Shown: positions 12,664 through 24,100 of the stretch, piece by piece
Layout of the letters: every line of letters starts with the position of its first letter
How positions within the stretch are numbered: the first letter of the stretch is position 1
Source: Prorocentrum cordatum
Taxonomy: Eukaryota
Assembly (NCBI GenBank): GCA_963575745.1
Contig: CAUYUJ010000072.1
Location: 62,001 to 118,738 of the forward strand
DNA length: 56,738 nt
Direction of reading: 5' to 3'
Notes under the pieces: model-generated
What the model saw: the letters and a program-made list of their open reading frames with translations, nothing else
The model's database searches: none
What the model was told of the DNA's origin: nothing
Made by a program: the position numbers and the translations under genes

Positions 12664-15600
12664 ATGGCTGTGGGCTTCCTGGGAGCGCACCTGATGATCT
12701 TGGTTACGGGCGGTGCTTTCACGGTCCAAGGGGCACTTGGCTGGCTGCCGTTCGGGCGCGGGGGAAATGAGGTCCCAGCGCCGACGCCGTCAGCCCTGCC
12801 CGGGCCGACAGCGCTGCCGCCAGGCGGTGGGGGGCAAGGCAAGGGGCGAGGACCGCCCGCCAAGCCCGCGCCTGCAGGGGGAAAGGGGCGAGGGCCGCAG
12901 GCCAAGCCCCCGGGGGCGCCGGGCGTCCCCGCGCCGCCGCGGTCAGGGTCGACTACTACGACCACACCCGCGGGCATCGGGCGCGTAGGTGAGGGCGAGC
13001 CCACGGGCAGCCCAGCTACGCCGGCATACGAAGGGAACAACGAGCCCACGGGCGCGCCTGGGCAGCCGTCCGCCCCGGGAAACCGGACGGGCGATGGCGA
13101 GCCTGACCCGCCGCGCGGGCTGGACGGGTATTGGGGGTGGTGTGGTTGGGTCCCGCACCTGCCCCATTGGTGGGCTGGCCGGAACGTACCCCCACCGCCG
13201 CCGCCGCCACCTACCCCGCCCCCGGAGGCGGGGCCAGGTCCCGGTTGGGGATTCGCAGCCTGGGTCTTCGAGTTCGTGGGCTACGGAGCGTGGGTGAGTT
13301 CCCCCGACCGCACGGGCACGATCCGCACGAGCGGCGGATGGATTGGATCCGCCATCGACCGCCTGGGCGTCAAGATGCTTGGGTACTGGTGGGAGACCGC
13401 GGTCCTTTGCTTCGCCCTAGGCATCTTCACGTTCGTGTTGGGTGCCCTGGCCTTCATCGTCAACACCGCAGCCCAGCCTATGCTGTGGGCAGCCGGGGGA
13501 CTCCGCTGGGCGTGGTACCAGATTACCCGGTGCTGCCAGCGACGCGGAGGCGATGGGCCCGGCGCCCATCTCCCCCACCCCCTCCGACTCCCTTGCTGGT
13601 GCGCTGGCGCGGGCCGGGCTTGGGCGGCGTGGTGGAAACGGAGTTCTACACAAAGGGGGTCCGCGGCCGGGGAACCAATCGGGCGTACAACCACGTGCTT
13701 CTGCGCAAGCACGGGCAGGTGGCCCGCATCAGCTGCAACTTCGCGGACCGGTACCGACTGGACCGCCACGGGCTCAACATCAAGATCGGGCAGGTTCTGG
13801 GGTGCACCAGTCGCAAGTGGCGGCTGAACCTCGAGGAGACAGGGAACGTGCATCTATGCCGTGCCGTCGAGTGCGCCTCCTGTCCAGTGGCGCATCCCAT
13901 GCATGTCGACCAGTACGCGGCCATTGACCACACACAGATCGTGGACTTGGCTGAGCACGGAAAGGCCACAGCCTGCCGGGCAGTCGGCGTGGGACTCCGG
14001 AAGGTATTCGGGGTCGCCAAGTGGCTGCTTTGCTCACCCTGGTCGGTACTTGGATGGCTGTGCCGGGGCCGGCCGGAGCCCCGCTACATCACCGACGCCA
14101 CGGGCTATCGCCGCCTGGACATCGATTCGGAGAGCGAGGTGGAGGCGGAGGAGCGCCCCTGCCAAGCCGCACAAGTTGGGGCGCAGCTCGCAGGTGGCGC
14201 ACGCCCCCTCCAGCCGGAGGGGTGCGGCGACCGAGGGATGCAGGAGGCGACTGTTCTGCTACAGGAGGACGCAGAGGTGTCGGACGTCCCCCGGCCGGGG
14301 CATTGCCTCAATGCACAGGTGCACCTCTGCGCCCACCATGCGCAGAAGTACCGGTCTACCCTGATCGGCCGCAAATGCAGCCTCCCCACTTGCCTCCGAA
14401 TGGCGAAGGGTAGCTGTGGGGGGGCCCCGATGTGCGGGGAACATCTCCGACGGGACGAGGGTCACACCGTGCGCGTCGAAGCGACGGTCCAACCTGGGAT
14501 CCTCGGGGGCCTGCGCCGTCGCATGCGAGCGCGGGCTCCAAGCCCCGCCAGGGCGCGCGATTGGACCGCGCATGCCGCCGATGGGGTTGGCTAGCGCCCG
14601 GGCCGGTCTACCCCCCGCCCGCTGCACCGCCACCGCCCGCCGTGGCCCCATCCGTCGATGTTGAGCCCTCGGGGGTGCAGGCCCTAGCCTCTGGGCCGCA
14701 GCCGCGTCGCACGCGCTCCGCGGAAGCAAGGGCCAGCGGACGCTCACGGTCTGCCGACCGCGGAGCCCCGGGCGACCGGATCGCCCATCACGGGTGGCTT
14801 CAGGAGCCCTTACTCGTGAAGGTCTGCCCGATACTCCCGGGCGACCCTCGGGGAGTCGAGGAGGCGGACGGCGCGCCCCCGGCGAGTCCTTGGTATTTTC
14901 TACTAAGAGAATGCGAGGGGCTCGACGCACGGGGCACTGGCGGGGACGCACGACTTATCATCGGGACTAGCCTCGAGGGCGTCAGGGTGGAGGTCCCAGC
15001 CAGCGAGGTCGCACGGCGCCCCCCTCCGCTGGAGGACGGGCGCTACCCGATAGATTGGATCAATCGGCTGCTGTACGAGGTCCCCCAAGGCGCGCGGGAA
15101 GTGGGGTTGCGTGTCATCGCCCACCACATCCCGCAGGATCTGCTGGCGATGTTACGCCAGGAGCAGTGGGGCGGTGTGGGCGTGGAAAGCGCGAGCGGCT
15201 GGAGGCGGCGCTACCTGGCGAGCACGGAGCGCCAGCAGCTGCAGCGCGACCCGGTGCGCACACTCGGCCACCATCGGCGGGGCGGCGCGCAGGGGGCGCA
15301 ACCTGTGCCCGGGATGGAGGGCTTGCCCCGCCCAGCCCCCGTGGCGGCACCGTCGCGCTTGGCAGCGGCCGCCGCCGGCGTGGGCGAGGATGCTGAGGAG
15401 CCCGACCCCCTCGAAATATTCATGGATTCCTTGCGGGCCGAGGATCTCAAAGGACGGGGGGGCCAAGCGGCGGCCCTCAGCGCATTAGGTATGACCGCGG
15501 ACCTGCTCGGGGTTCCGCTTGATCAGGCGGAACGGCAGCTGCGGCGGAGAGTCGCACAGGTGGCAGCGGCGGGCCCACTGGGGTCCGATCTGGAGCGCGC

Positions 15601-15774
15601 CCTCGCGGATTTGGAGGATGCGCAGCTGGAAGCGCGCGCGCGCGGGAGCGTGCTGCGGCCGCCGACAAGGTTCCCCTGCAGGGCAGCCTCTCACGCGAGG
15701 GGTCGCGGAGTCGCTCGGCGCGGGGACGGGATCCCAGCCCGAGGCAGGGGCCCCGACGCGAGCTCTTCGGGGCC
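12664..15774 (+). pseudogene. 5' part of the element polyprotein: hydrophobic N-terminus, Pro/Gly-rich segment, transmembrane segment(s) and Cys/His-rich region; three frameshifts
   Basis: Protein-like segments run through ORFs 12664..13827, 13131..14594 and 14432..16168 into 15775..21108, each switch a -1 shift near a C/G run (~13570, ~14585, ~15670). TM-like stretch WWETAVLCFALGIFTFVLGALAFIV; Cys/His clusters HLCAHH and CSLPTC...CGEH. Confidence 0.65.
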
Positions 15775-18700
15775 ATGCCCCCCGTCCAACCCACGGGCCC
15801 ACGACGGGGCTTGCTGGGCGATCGGGACCTACTGGCACGCGATGGACGCGGGGGGGCCGCTCGTGGGGCCAACCCGCTCCTCGACGGAGCCTCGGTCCTT
15901 GGCCACCTCACTGGCCAGACGCCCCACGGGGGTGGCCTGGGTGGGGAGCGAGCCGGGGGCCCAGACGACGCCGGGGCGGCGGGCGCCCTGGGCGGGCTTA
16001 CAGCCGAGGCCGAAGCCCAGATCATCGAGCGCCTGGATCGCCAGAACCGCCTCACCGAACGCCACGTCCTCGCCGCCGAGCGGCAGGCGCGGGCCACCGA
16101 GGGCGACAAGAAGGCCCGGGGCACCAGGGCAGGGATCGGTCGGGACGAGGAACTGGATCTTTACATAGCCAGGGGATGCAACACCTTCGTGGTTGAGGCC
16201 TGCGAGGGGATCACGGGGAAGGACTTGTTCGACTCCCTCAAGCGCATGTGTGCGCACTCCAAGAGCACGCTCAAGACGATCGGGTTTCCCTGCCTGGTTA
16301 CCAACCGTGTGGCGCACGGCTACGCGGCGCTCGCCTTCGGGACGGGCCCACACGACCTGGCGGTGGACGACTGCGTCCCCGCGCGTGACGAGGACTTCGA
16401 TGGCTACCGGCTACCTGTGGACGACAAGCTGGAGCCCCGCCAGCGGCCCGCCACCCACATGGCGACCTGGTTCAAGAGGGCCCGGTGCGAGATCCAGATG
16501 TTCGAGTCCATCGTAGGGGTCGCACACGGGGCTGAGCGTCGGCGGTCGCTAGGGTTCTTGGAGGCGGCCTTCGAGAGGGACCCCTCGGAGTTCCCAGACC
16601 ATTGGGTCAAGGATCTGTGGGAAGAGCTCCGAAGCACCTGGGTCGAGGAGCTACGGGAGCTGAGGCGTCGGCTCTGCCGAGAGCTCGACACCGAGAACCC
16701 GAGGCGGGAGGACATCAAGTACATCCTGCTCATGCCGGAGAACGGCTACGACTTGCCCCGAACGTTCGACCTCGGGGACCCGAATGCCTACTACCAGCAA
16801 GTGGTCGTGCCCCGGCGCAAGGCCGCACTCACGCGCCTCCTCAATGGGCAGCTGAACGCCCACCTCACGAAGCGACCGCCAAAGGCGGGAGGGGGCGAGG
16901 AAATGGGCGAGCCCCGGCCCACGGCGCAGGGTGATGACAGGCCCAAGGCGGGGGCTGGGCCCCAGCCGAAGGCGGGGCCCAAGGCGGGCACCGGGGCCCC
17001 AGCGGGGACAGCCCCCAAGAGGGCGTACCCAGCGGGCAAGGAACTAACACGCCCGGAGCGTACGCGATCCGTGGCGCATGCGCCCCGCAATAAGGACAAC
17101 GTCCCTATCTGCTGGGGGGCCACCACGCACATGGGCTGCTCGCGGAAGGCGTGCGACTGCCCTAACTCCCATGACCCCATCAAGTCAACGCGCGGTTTGG
17201 ACTACTCGGTAGTCATGCAGCTCACGAGGCGCGGGGGGCTCCTTGGGACGCCCCGGATCGACCCCAAGCAGGTGGATGGGATGATTGCGCAGCTACGCTC
17301 GCAAGCCAAGGCAGCCGAGGCCGAGAAGGTCGGCGAGGACACGTCCCCCCCTGCTGCCCCTGACTCCCAGAAGGAAAAGGGCCGTGGCCGCGGCAGCGGC
17401 TCGCGAGCGGCGGGCGACCCGGGCCCGGGACAGGCCCCGGACGACTACACTGCGCTTCAGCTTACCGCGATGGAATCCGACTTCCGGGAAGCGGTTAAGG
17501 GCCCCGACTTCGGATGGCTGGAAGACCACGACCGCCCGCGCGCGGCGGCCACTTGGGACGCCCAGCCCGCGGGCGATGGGCCGGAGCTTCGCCTCAAGCT
17601 CATGCAGGAGCTCGAATCCGAGGGCATCTTCGCGCCTCTGAAGGGGGCCAGCGAGTACTTGCAGAGCCACGCGCGCGGGCGCGTCTTGGGGGCGCGCCTG
17701 CGCGGGGAGCGGCTCACCGTGGAGCGGGCCCTCGAGGAAGCCGTGGACCGAGGCCATCGGGGACTCAGCAGTGAGGCTGCCGACCTGCATGAGGCGCTTA
17801 GCTGCGCCGCAGGATACGTCACCGAGGGCGGGGCCGAGGTCGGCCCGGTTGCTTGGGACGCCGACGGGCTGATGGGCCGCGGGTCCTATGCCTTCTGGGA
17901 CGGGGACACCCGCATCCAGTGGGACTTCCTCGACTACCGGGACCGCCTCAGCCCTACAGAGGAGATGGGCCAGGCGATGGGCCTGGAGGTGGGCGATGCC
18001 GAGGAGCGGCAGTGCCTGCTACTGCACGTAGCTGCTGGGGTGCTCCTGCTACGCGCGGGCGAGGGCGCGGGCGAGCCCAGCCCGGACGCGGTGCAGCAGT
18101 TGGCCGCGACGTATCGCCATGCACTATGGGAGGAGGCCCATGAGGCCCTTCGTGCCCTGGGCGACTCCCCACCGTGGATCACGGCCCTGGAGGCCGATGT
18201 CCGTTCCTACGTCCATGATGCGGTGCACCCGCACCACGACAAGGACTATCGCTGCCTGGCAGCATGCCCCGTCACCGACCTCGACGCCGTCACGCTCCAG
18301 GTGCACCGTGTCAACGGCAGTGGGCGCCTATGCGTGGACCACCTAATGGGGACGGGTGTCGGCGCGGAGGATCAAGTAATTCCGCTCCTGATCTGGCGTG
18401 GCCATATGCGCGTTTTGCGCCCACGCTCCCACACGGAGGCGGCGGCCCTAGGCCAGCGCTGGGGACACGCAGGACGCCTGTCCCGCGAGATCGTGAGTGT
18501 CGGCTGGCGCGAGATGCTCGATGAAGGCCCAGACGTTGAACCCACCGTCCCGGGCAAGAGCGCGCCCTGCACCCACTGCAAGGCAGCGGAAGGTCGGGCG
18601 GGCCGCGCAGTGGGACGCGCGCCAGCCTCGTTCGGGGAACATCCAGCCGACGTCCAGGCACGCCTCCTGGAGGCGAACGCGATGCCAATTCGACACGACC

Positions 18701-21108
18701 CCGCGTTCGCGTACGGTTTGATCGCCCAGGAGGTGTACGCCGGTTCGGGAAATTGGTCGGCTGCGCTTCGCGCCGAGGGCATCCGGGTGCTGGAGCCGAT
18801 CGAATACTACGACGACCCTCTCCGAGAGTCCGGCCCACGGCCGGATCACGACACCCTCGACCCGGCGGTTCGCGCGCGCCTACAGGAGGCCGCACGGACC
18901 CCCATGGGCCCCGATGTGGCCAACGTTTGGTGCTGGGGTACCCCGTGTGGCTCGTGCACCGACCTCGGGCTCATGACCCAGCCTGGCGGGACCCCGCAGG
19001 GAACCCGCACGTGGGAGCACCCCGAGGGGGACGGCTCCAAAGAGTTCGAGCTCGTTGGTAACAGCCACACTCAGTTCACGTGCGACACCTGCCGCATCCT
19101 ACACGACGCCGGCAAGGAGTTTCTCATCGAGTCCTCCTGCCCCTCGGGCCGCTACCCCAAGATTTGGGACCAGGCCCCGATGCACGAGCTGCGTCGAGCG
19201 ACGGGGGCCATGATCGTCCCGATCCACATGTGCGCCTGGGGTAAGGCCCCGTCCGACGCGCCAGAGAGCCGCTATCGCAAGGGCAGCTGGTGGCTCGTCA
19301 GCCCCCGGCTGTACCTGCACGCTCTGTTGCTGGCGCGACGTTGCCCCCGTGACCACCACCACGTCGAGCTGAAAGATCACGTGCCGGGCTCGGGCATTAA
19401 GCGCACCAAGGAGGCGCAGGTTTGGGCCCCCCGTCTTTGCGCTGCGTGGGCAAAGGTGTTGAAAGGGGCCTATCACCGCTGGTCGGTGAGCCAACTGCGT
19501 CGGCAGTTGGCGCCTATATGGGAGGATGGCCCGGGGGCGCCCCCCAAAATCGCCCGGGCGGAGGCGCCCGGGCGCCTGCAGGGCGTCGACTTCACTGGAA
19601 TCGAGCGCCTACAGGCTTCAGGGGACGGCTCAAAATGCAGTGGGCTTAGCCCAGCCATGCACCGAGCATTGGCGGGGCTTCCTAAGCCCCCGTTGGGCGA
19701 GACACAGGGGGAGGTGAGTGCGGGCAAGCCTCGGGCCCCTTGCGAGGACCCGGCCAGAGATATCGCGGAGGACCTCGACGGGTGCAGCCCGGCGGAGCTG
19801 GCCACGGTCTACCTGACCTTCTGCACGGAGCACCCTGAGTACGACCCCGAAGCCATGCGGACCCTGGTGGGGCTGGGGGATCGGCTCCTCCAGCGGACGG
19901 GGTCCCTGAAGGAAGCGGCCGCGCTGCTTAGGCGCGCGCGCCACGAGCGCCTGGGCAACCCCCTTCGGGGTGTCCTGGGGGACAAGGTGCGACGGTGTTT
20001 AAGCCGAGAGCACTTCGAGTACGTCCGGGAGCTGGCGGAAGGGGGGGCATCCGCTCGGCGGGGCGCGCCGCGGAGGCGCGAGCGAGCTCAGCCGTGCCCC
20101 AGCGTGCGAGCCCACATCGACGAGGCCTACCAGAAGGTATGGGCGGATGTGACCTGGGGGATCGTCTTGGTGGCTTCCCAGGCGGCAGAGGGTTTCTTGA
20201 CGGAGCTGGTGGAAGCCCCCCTGGGGAGGGCCCCAAAGCAGCTACCGGACAGAACCCTATCGTCCGAAGGGCGTATGATCCACGCGATGCTCTCGGCCAA
20301 CGCCGCCACACACAAGCGCGACCACCCGCCTGCCGTCCAGCCACGCCATCGGCAAGTGGCGAGGACGGCGGTATGGCATCGCGCGCGCCATCCCGGAGCG
20401 CGCCTCCTCTGCGCCAAGCGGGACGTCTCGCGGGCCTTCAAGTGGCTGGACATCGCCCCGGCGGACGTCGGGGACTTTGGCACCTCATTACCGGGGGCCC
20501 ACGCTGGCATCGAGGGGGACGTCAGGGTCGTTTACCTAGCCATGGTGTTTGGGTGGACGGGAGCCCCAGGCAATTACATGATGCTCGCCCTGGCGGCGCG
20601 GGAGCTCCACGAGAGCTATCGGCCTGGGGAGCCGCACTGGCACGACACCACCCACTTCCACTCGGAGTGGCTTATGGATGACCCTGTGGTGGTGGAGCCC
20701 GACATTGGGGTCCGGCCGTGGATGGCCTGCGACGCATTGGATGCATCCATACGCGAGGTATTCGGGTCCGAAGCAGTGAACGTCAGCAAGAGGGACGCCG
20801 AGGGGGAGCCCTCCACCGCTCAGATTATCTGGGGGCTCAGCATGGACTTCGAGCGCGAGCGAGTTGGACTCCCGGAGCCCAAGGCCATGAAGATGCGCTT
20901 CCTATTGGCGGAGCCGGAGCTGAGCTTCGGCTGCCGCATGGTACGGCTGCGAACCGCGAGGGAGCTAAGTGGGCTCGGCCAGTTCTGCGCCTGCGCAGCT
21001 CCAGCCCTGAGCCTGGAGCTCCCAGCGGTCCACCGGATGCTGTCGGGTGACCCAGGCCAGGCCTACGTCCACCCGCCGGGCGACCCCGAGATGGTAGAGG
21101 CTGCGTAG
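15775..21108 (+). CDS. Element polyprotein: Gag-like region + CCCH finger + OTU-like protease + C5 DNA methyltransferase + reverse transcriptase
   Basis: 1777-aa ORF whose frame is also open upstream of the ATG. Motifs: C-x8-C-x6-C-x3-H, QCLLLHVA...LIWRGHM, EVYAGSG/GTPC/FLIES, KRDVSRAF, MVFGWTGAPG, LMDD. Ends at a TAG that is followed in frame by RNase H. Confidence 0.9.
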   Translation: MPPVQPTGPRRGLLGDRDLLARDGRGGAARGANPLLDGASVLGHLTGQTPHGGGLGGERAGGPDDAGAAGALGGLTAEAEAQIIERLDRQNRLTERHVLAAERQARATEGDKKARGTRAGIGRDEELDLYIARGCNTFVVEACEGITGKDLFDSLKRMCAHSKSTLKTIGFPCLVTNRVAHGYAALAFGTGPHDLAVDDCVPARDEDFDGYRLPVDDKLEPRQRPATHMATWFKRARCEIQMFESIVGVAHGAERRRSLGFLEAAFERDPSEFPDHWVKDLWEELRSTWVEELRELRRRLCRELDTENPRREDIKYILLMPENGYDLPRTFDLGDPNAYYQQVVVPRRKAALTRLLNGQLNAHLTKRPPKAGGGEEMGEPRPTAQGDDRPKAGAGPQPKAGPKAGTGAPAGTAPKRAYPAGKELTRPERTRSVAHAPRNKDNVPICWGATTHMGCSRKACDCPNSHDPIKSTRGLDYSVVMQLTRRGGLLGTPRIDPKQVDGMIAQLRSQAKAAEAEKVGEDTSPPAAPDSQKEKGRGRGSGSRAAGDPGPGQAPDDYTALQLTAMESDFREAVKGPDFGWLEDHDRPRAAATWDAQPAGDGPELRLKLMQELESEGIFAPLKGASEYLQSHARGRVLGARLRGERLTVERALEEAVDRGHRGLSSEAADLHEALSCAAGYVTEGGAEVGPVAWDADGLMGRGSYAFWDGDTRIQWDFLDYRDRLSPTEEMGQAMGLEVGDAEERQCLLLHVAAGVLLLRAGEGAGEPSPDAVQQLAATYRHALWEEAHEALRALGDSPPWITALEADVRSYVHDAVHPHHDKDYRCLAACPVTDLDAVTLQVHRVNGSGRLCVDHLMGTGVGAEDQVIPLLIWRGHMRVLRPRSHTEAAALGQRWGHAGRLSREIVSVGWREMLDEGPDVEPTVPGKSAPCTHCKAAEGRAGRAVGRAPASFGEHPADVQARLLEANAMPIRHDPAFAYGLIAQEVYAGSGNWSAALRAEGIRVLEPIEYYDDPLRESGPRPDHDTLDPAVRARLQEAARTPMGPDVANVWCWGTPCGSCTDLGLMTQPGGTPQGTRTWEHPEGDGSKEFELVGNSHTQFTCDTCRILHDAGKEFLIESSCPSGRYPKIWDQAPMHELRRATGAMIVPIHMCAWGKAPSDAPESRYRKGSWWLVSPRLYLHALLLARRCPRDHHHVELKDHVPGSGIKRTKEAQVWAPRLCAAWAKVLKGAYHRWSVSQLRRQLAPIWEDGPGAPPKIARAEAPGRLQGVDFTGIERLQASGDGSKCSGLSPAMHRALAGLPKPPLGETQGEVSAGKPRAPCEDPARDIAEDLDGCSPAELATVYLTFCTEHPEYDPEAMRTLVGLGDRLLQRTGSLKEAAALLRRARHERLGNPLRGVLGDKVRRCLSREHFEYVRELAEGGASARRGAPRRRERAQPCPSVRAHIDEAYQKVWADVTWGIVLVASQAAEGFLTELVEAPLGRAPKQLPDRTLSSEGRMIHAMLSANAATHKRDHPPAVQPRHRQVARTAVWHRARHPGARLLCAKRDVSRAFKWLDIAPADVGDFGTSLPGAHAGIEGDVRVVYLAMVFGWTGAPGNYMMLALAARELHESYRPGEPHWHDTTHFHSEWLMDDPVVVEPDIGVRPWMACDALDASIREVFGSEAVNVSKRDAEGEPSTAQIIWGLSMDFERERVGLPEPKAMKMRFLLAEPELSFGCRMVRLRTARELSGLGQFCACAAPALSLELPAVHRMLSGDPGQAYVHPPGDPEMVEAA
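17110..17172 (+). other. CCCH zinc finger in the Gag-like region
   Basis: CWGATTHMGCSRKACDCPNSH. Confidence 0.7.
17920..18423 (+). other. OTU/papain-like cysteine protease domain (putative)
   Basis: Cys box EERQCLLLHVAAG (Cys codon 18013) and His box IPLLIWRGHMRVL (His codon 18403), 130 aa apart. Resembles OTU DGNCLFRAVA...LLYxGxHY. Confidence 0.5.
18718..19460 (+). other. C5 cytosine DNA methyltransferase domain 1 (catalytic Pro-Cys retained)
   Basis: Motif I QEVYAGSG, motif IV WGTPCGS (Cys codon 18946), motif VI FLIES (ENP/ENV variant), motif VIII HMCAWG...RKGSW, C-terminal RTKEAQVWAPRLCAAWA. Confidence 0.85.
20200..20900 (+). other. Reverse transcriptase domain (DIRS type)
   Basis: PLGRAPK...GRMIH, AKRDVSRAFKWL, MVFGWTGAPGNY, WLMDD (20671-20682), IIWGLSMD. 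Confidence 0.92.
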
Positions 21109-24100
21109 GACGATTGGCACCAGACCCTGGATTGGCTGCGCGTCTGCTTTGAGATGCCTGTCGAGGGTAACTTCGAGACCTCCTTCGAGGGCCTGCTAGG
21201 CCTTCGCGAGGCCCTCGCACTCCCTGGGGCGCTCGGCAAGCTGCGCTGGCTGGGAGGCGATGCCACCCTGGATCGGATCGGTGCGCTGGACTGGTCCTCG
21301 CGCGAGTACATCGTGGCGGAGGCGGCTCCCTACCTGGAGACGCTCCGCTCCGCCCCCGGGGTCACCTGGCAGGGGGAGGGGGAGATCATCGCGGTGGTCG
21401 AACTCCTCTGCCTGATAGCCTTGGCGGCCGAGAAGGGCCCGGACTGGTTCCAGCTTCTATTGCCGTACGTCACTGACAACAGTAATGTCAGCCGCTGGCT
21501 GCGACGCCGCCGGGCACGGAACGCGGTGGCGCGCCACCTGCTTCGAGTCCTGGCCATGCTGGAGCTACGGTACAAGTTCCGGGTCCTGGACGGGCTCTAC
21601 TTACGGACTTGCCACAACGAGCTGGCCGACTTCGTTACTCGTGCCACGGTGGAGGAGGTACGCCAGCGGATGACGGAGGCTGGATGGACCGAGCTGTCGC
21701 CGGCAGCACTGTGGGGCGAGCTGGTGGAGGAGGCCGCCCAGCGCGAGCTGCGGATGCCAGGAGACGACGGGCCCTGGCGCGCGGCTGCACTCCAAGTCAA
21801 GGGAGCCCGGGAGGCCCTACCACGCTACGCCCCCCTGCAGGTCGAGGGGGCGCGGCTGCTGGAGGTGGGAACCGCGTGGCCCCCCTTCGGGGAGGCATGG
21901 GAGAGCCTCGGCGGGTCGGCGCTGCTAGCGCCGTGGGATGTCGGTGACCGATGGGACCCGGACGACGGCGACCGCCCCAAGGACCCCACTGGGGCCCCGC
22001 GGATCCGCTGGCTGTGCGCGTCACTATCGGAGGACCCCGGTGGACGCGAGGCGACGGGCCTGGAGCGGCTACTGATCACCACTCGGCCACTGGCCGTGTT
22101 GCTCGACGCCCCCGTCAACTACGCCGCAGTGCGGCTAGGGGCGCGCTTGCGGCGCCTCGGCTATGTGGCACTCTCCCCGGAGACGCGCCTTCTGTGCACA
22201 CACTTCGGCGACGTCACGGCGCGCGCGCGGGCGGTCCAGGTTTGGGGTTGCGGAAAACGGGTTCGGGCGCCGAGCCTCATACCCCCCCTGGGGCAGCCCT
22301 GCGTGGAGCCACGCGGCCTCTGCCAGCTCTGGAAAGAGGCAGGGCGGCCACCGCTGGATGAGCTCCGCCTGGACCTCAACAACGGCACCTTGCTCGTGGA
22401 CCCTCGGATCTCGACGACGGGGGATCGCATGATGCCCTGGCCGCGCGGCACATGGCAGCCCGCGGGAGGCGGGCGGGCCCAGCGCGTGGTGATTCATGAT
22501 CCGCGCGGGCCCTGCCATACGGCACGGGCGAAGCCCGACCCGTTGAAGGGCTATGCGAACACCCTGATCCTGGAAGGGTCCGAGGGCGGCTGGACCGCGC
22601 GAGCCCTGCACCCGAAAGAAATCTGGTGCGCCCAGGGGGGCACGGCGGAGCTGTGGGATGTCCTGGGCCTTGGAGGTATGCCGATCGCCGAGCGCATGCG
22701 GCAGGCCGCCCGTGCACTCCCGCGCCGCACGGCCCGCTGGGTGCTCCAGTGGGCGGAGCGCCTGCTGAGGCAGGCCGTAGAGGCAGCAAGCGCAGGCGAG
22801 GCACCCGGGGCGCGCGCTGGCGTCGGACCCGACCACGACCGACTCGCTAACGACGAGATGGTTAAGCTGTGGCTAAAGGCCTGGCTTCAGGCCCCCGACC
22901 GCCCAAGCGGGCCATTCGAGGCTGCGCTGGAGGCGGGGAAGACGACGGACGACGCCGCTCGGTTGGCGGACCAGCTCGACCCCCCTGCTACCGCGCGGTC
23001 CACCGCAGCAGGGGAGGACGGGGCAGGCGGGGAGCGGGTCGGGGCGGTGACCTTCGCTGTTCCGGAAGGCGCGGGGATGCCCAGGCCAAGCGCCACGGAC
23101 GGCGCGGGCGGCGAGGCACGCCCCCCGCGCAAGACCCGCCGGCGTACCCGCAGTGCCCCTGCCCCCGCGCTGGTGAAGCCCGCCGCCTGGCGGTACGCCG
23201 GCGGGGGCGCCCCGAAAGGGGTTCAGGGGGAACTCACCGACCCTCGCGAGCTGGATGCGACCGCCACCGAGGCGATGCTGGCCAAGCTTGCCGAAGGGAC
23301 GCGGGCCAACTACAGCGCCGGGTGGCGTAACTGGGTACTCTGGCGGAGGCTCCGAGGCCGGAGCCCGTACCTGCAGGGGGAGACTCGGGACGCCCGCCAT
23401 ACGGATGAGGATGACCTCATCCGGCATGTCGTGTACCTGTACAAGGTGATGAAGAGGCGGGCCACGACCATCCGCCAGCGCCTGTTCGCCATTCGATATG
23501 TCCACACCCTGGCAGGGTTTGGGGATGTGACTTCCGATCGGCGCCGGCTCTGGACCACGATCGAGGGACTCCGCCGCTGGGACGGAAAGGCGAAACGGAA
23601 GCTGCCGGCCACGCCCCGGATGTTGCGCTGGCTCCGCGAGTACTTGTTCGCCCACGGAACGGCCACGCGCCGAGAGGCGACCATCCTATGGGCGGCGCTT
23701 ATGACGGGGTACTTCTTCATGCTCCGCGCGTCGGAGTATTTGGTCCAAGAGGACCGCTCCTGGAGCATGGGACGGGTGGTGCGTGGGCAGGACGTGCAGG
23801 GGCTGCGCGGGGGTACACCCAGCGCATGGCTCAGCGACTGCGACGAGGTAGCGCTGACGATCACGTCGTCCAAGACGGACCAGTTTAACGCAGGTTGCGT
23901 ACGCAACCATTACCGCTCGGGGGTGGAGTTGCGTGTCGTAGACGCACTCGCCGACCTCCAGAGGGAGCTGCCGGACCGGTTTGGACGAGGAACCGAGGCG
24001 GGGCTCCCCCTGTTCCGCCGGCCCGATGGCCACCCGATTATGCGGGAGGAGGTGCAGGGGCTCCTCCAACTCGCGGCTGCCGCCTGCGGCGTGGACGCAG

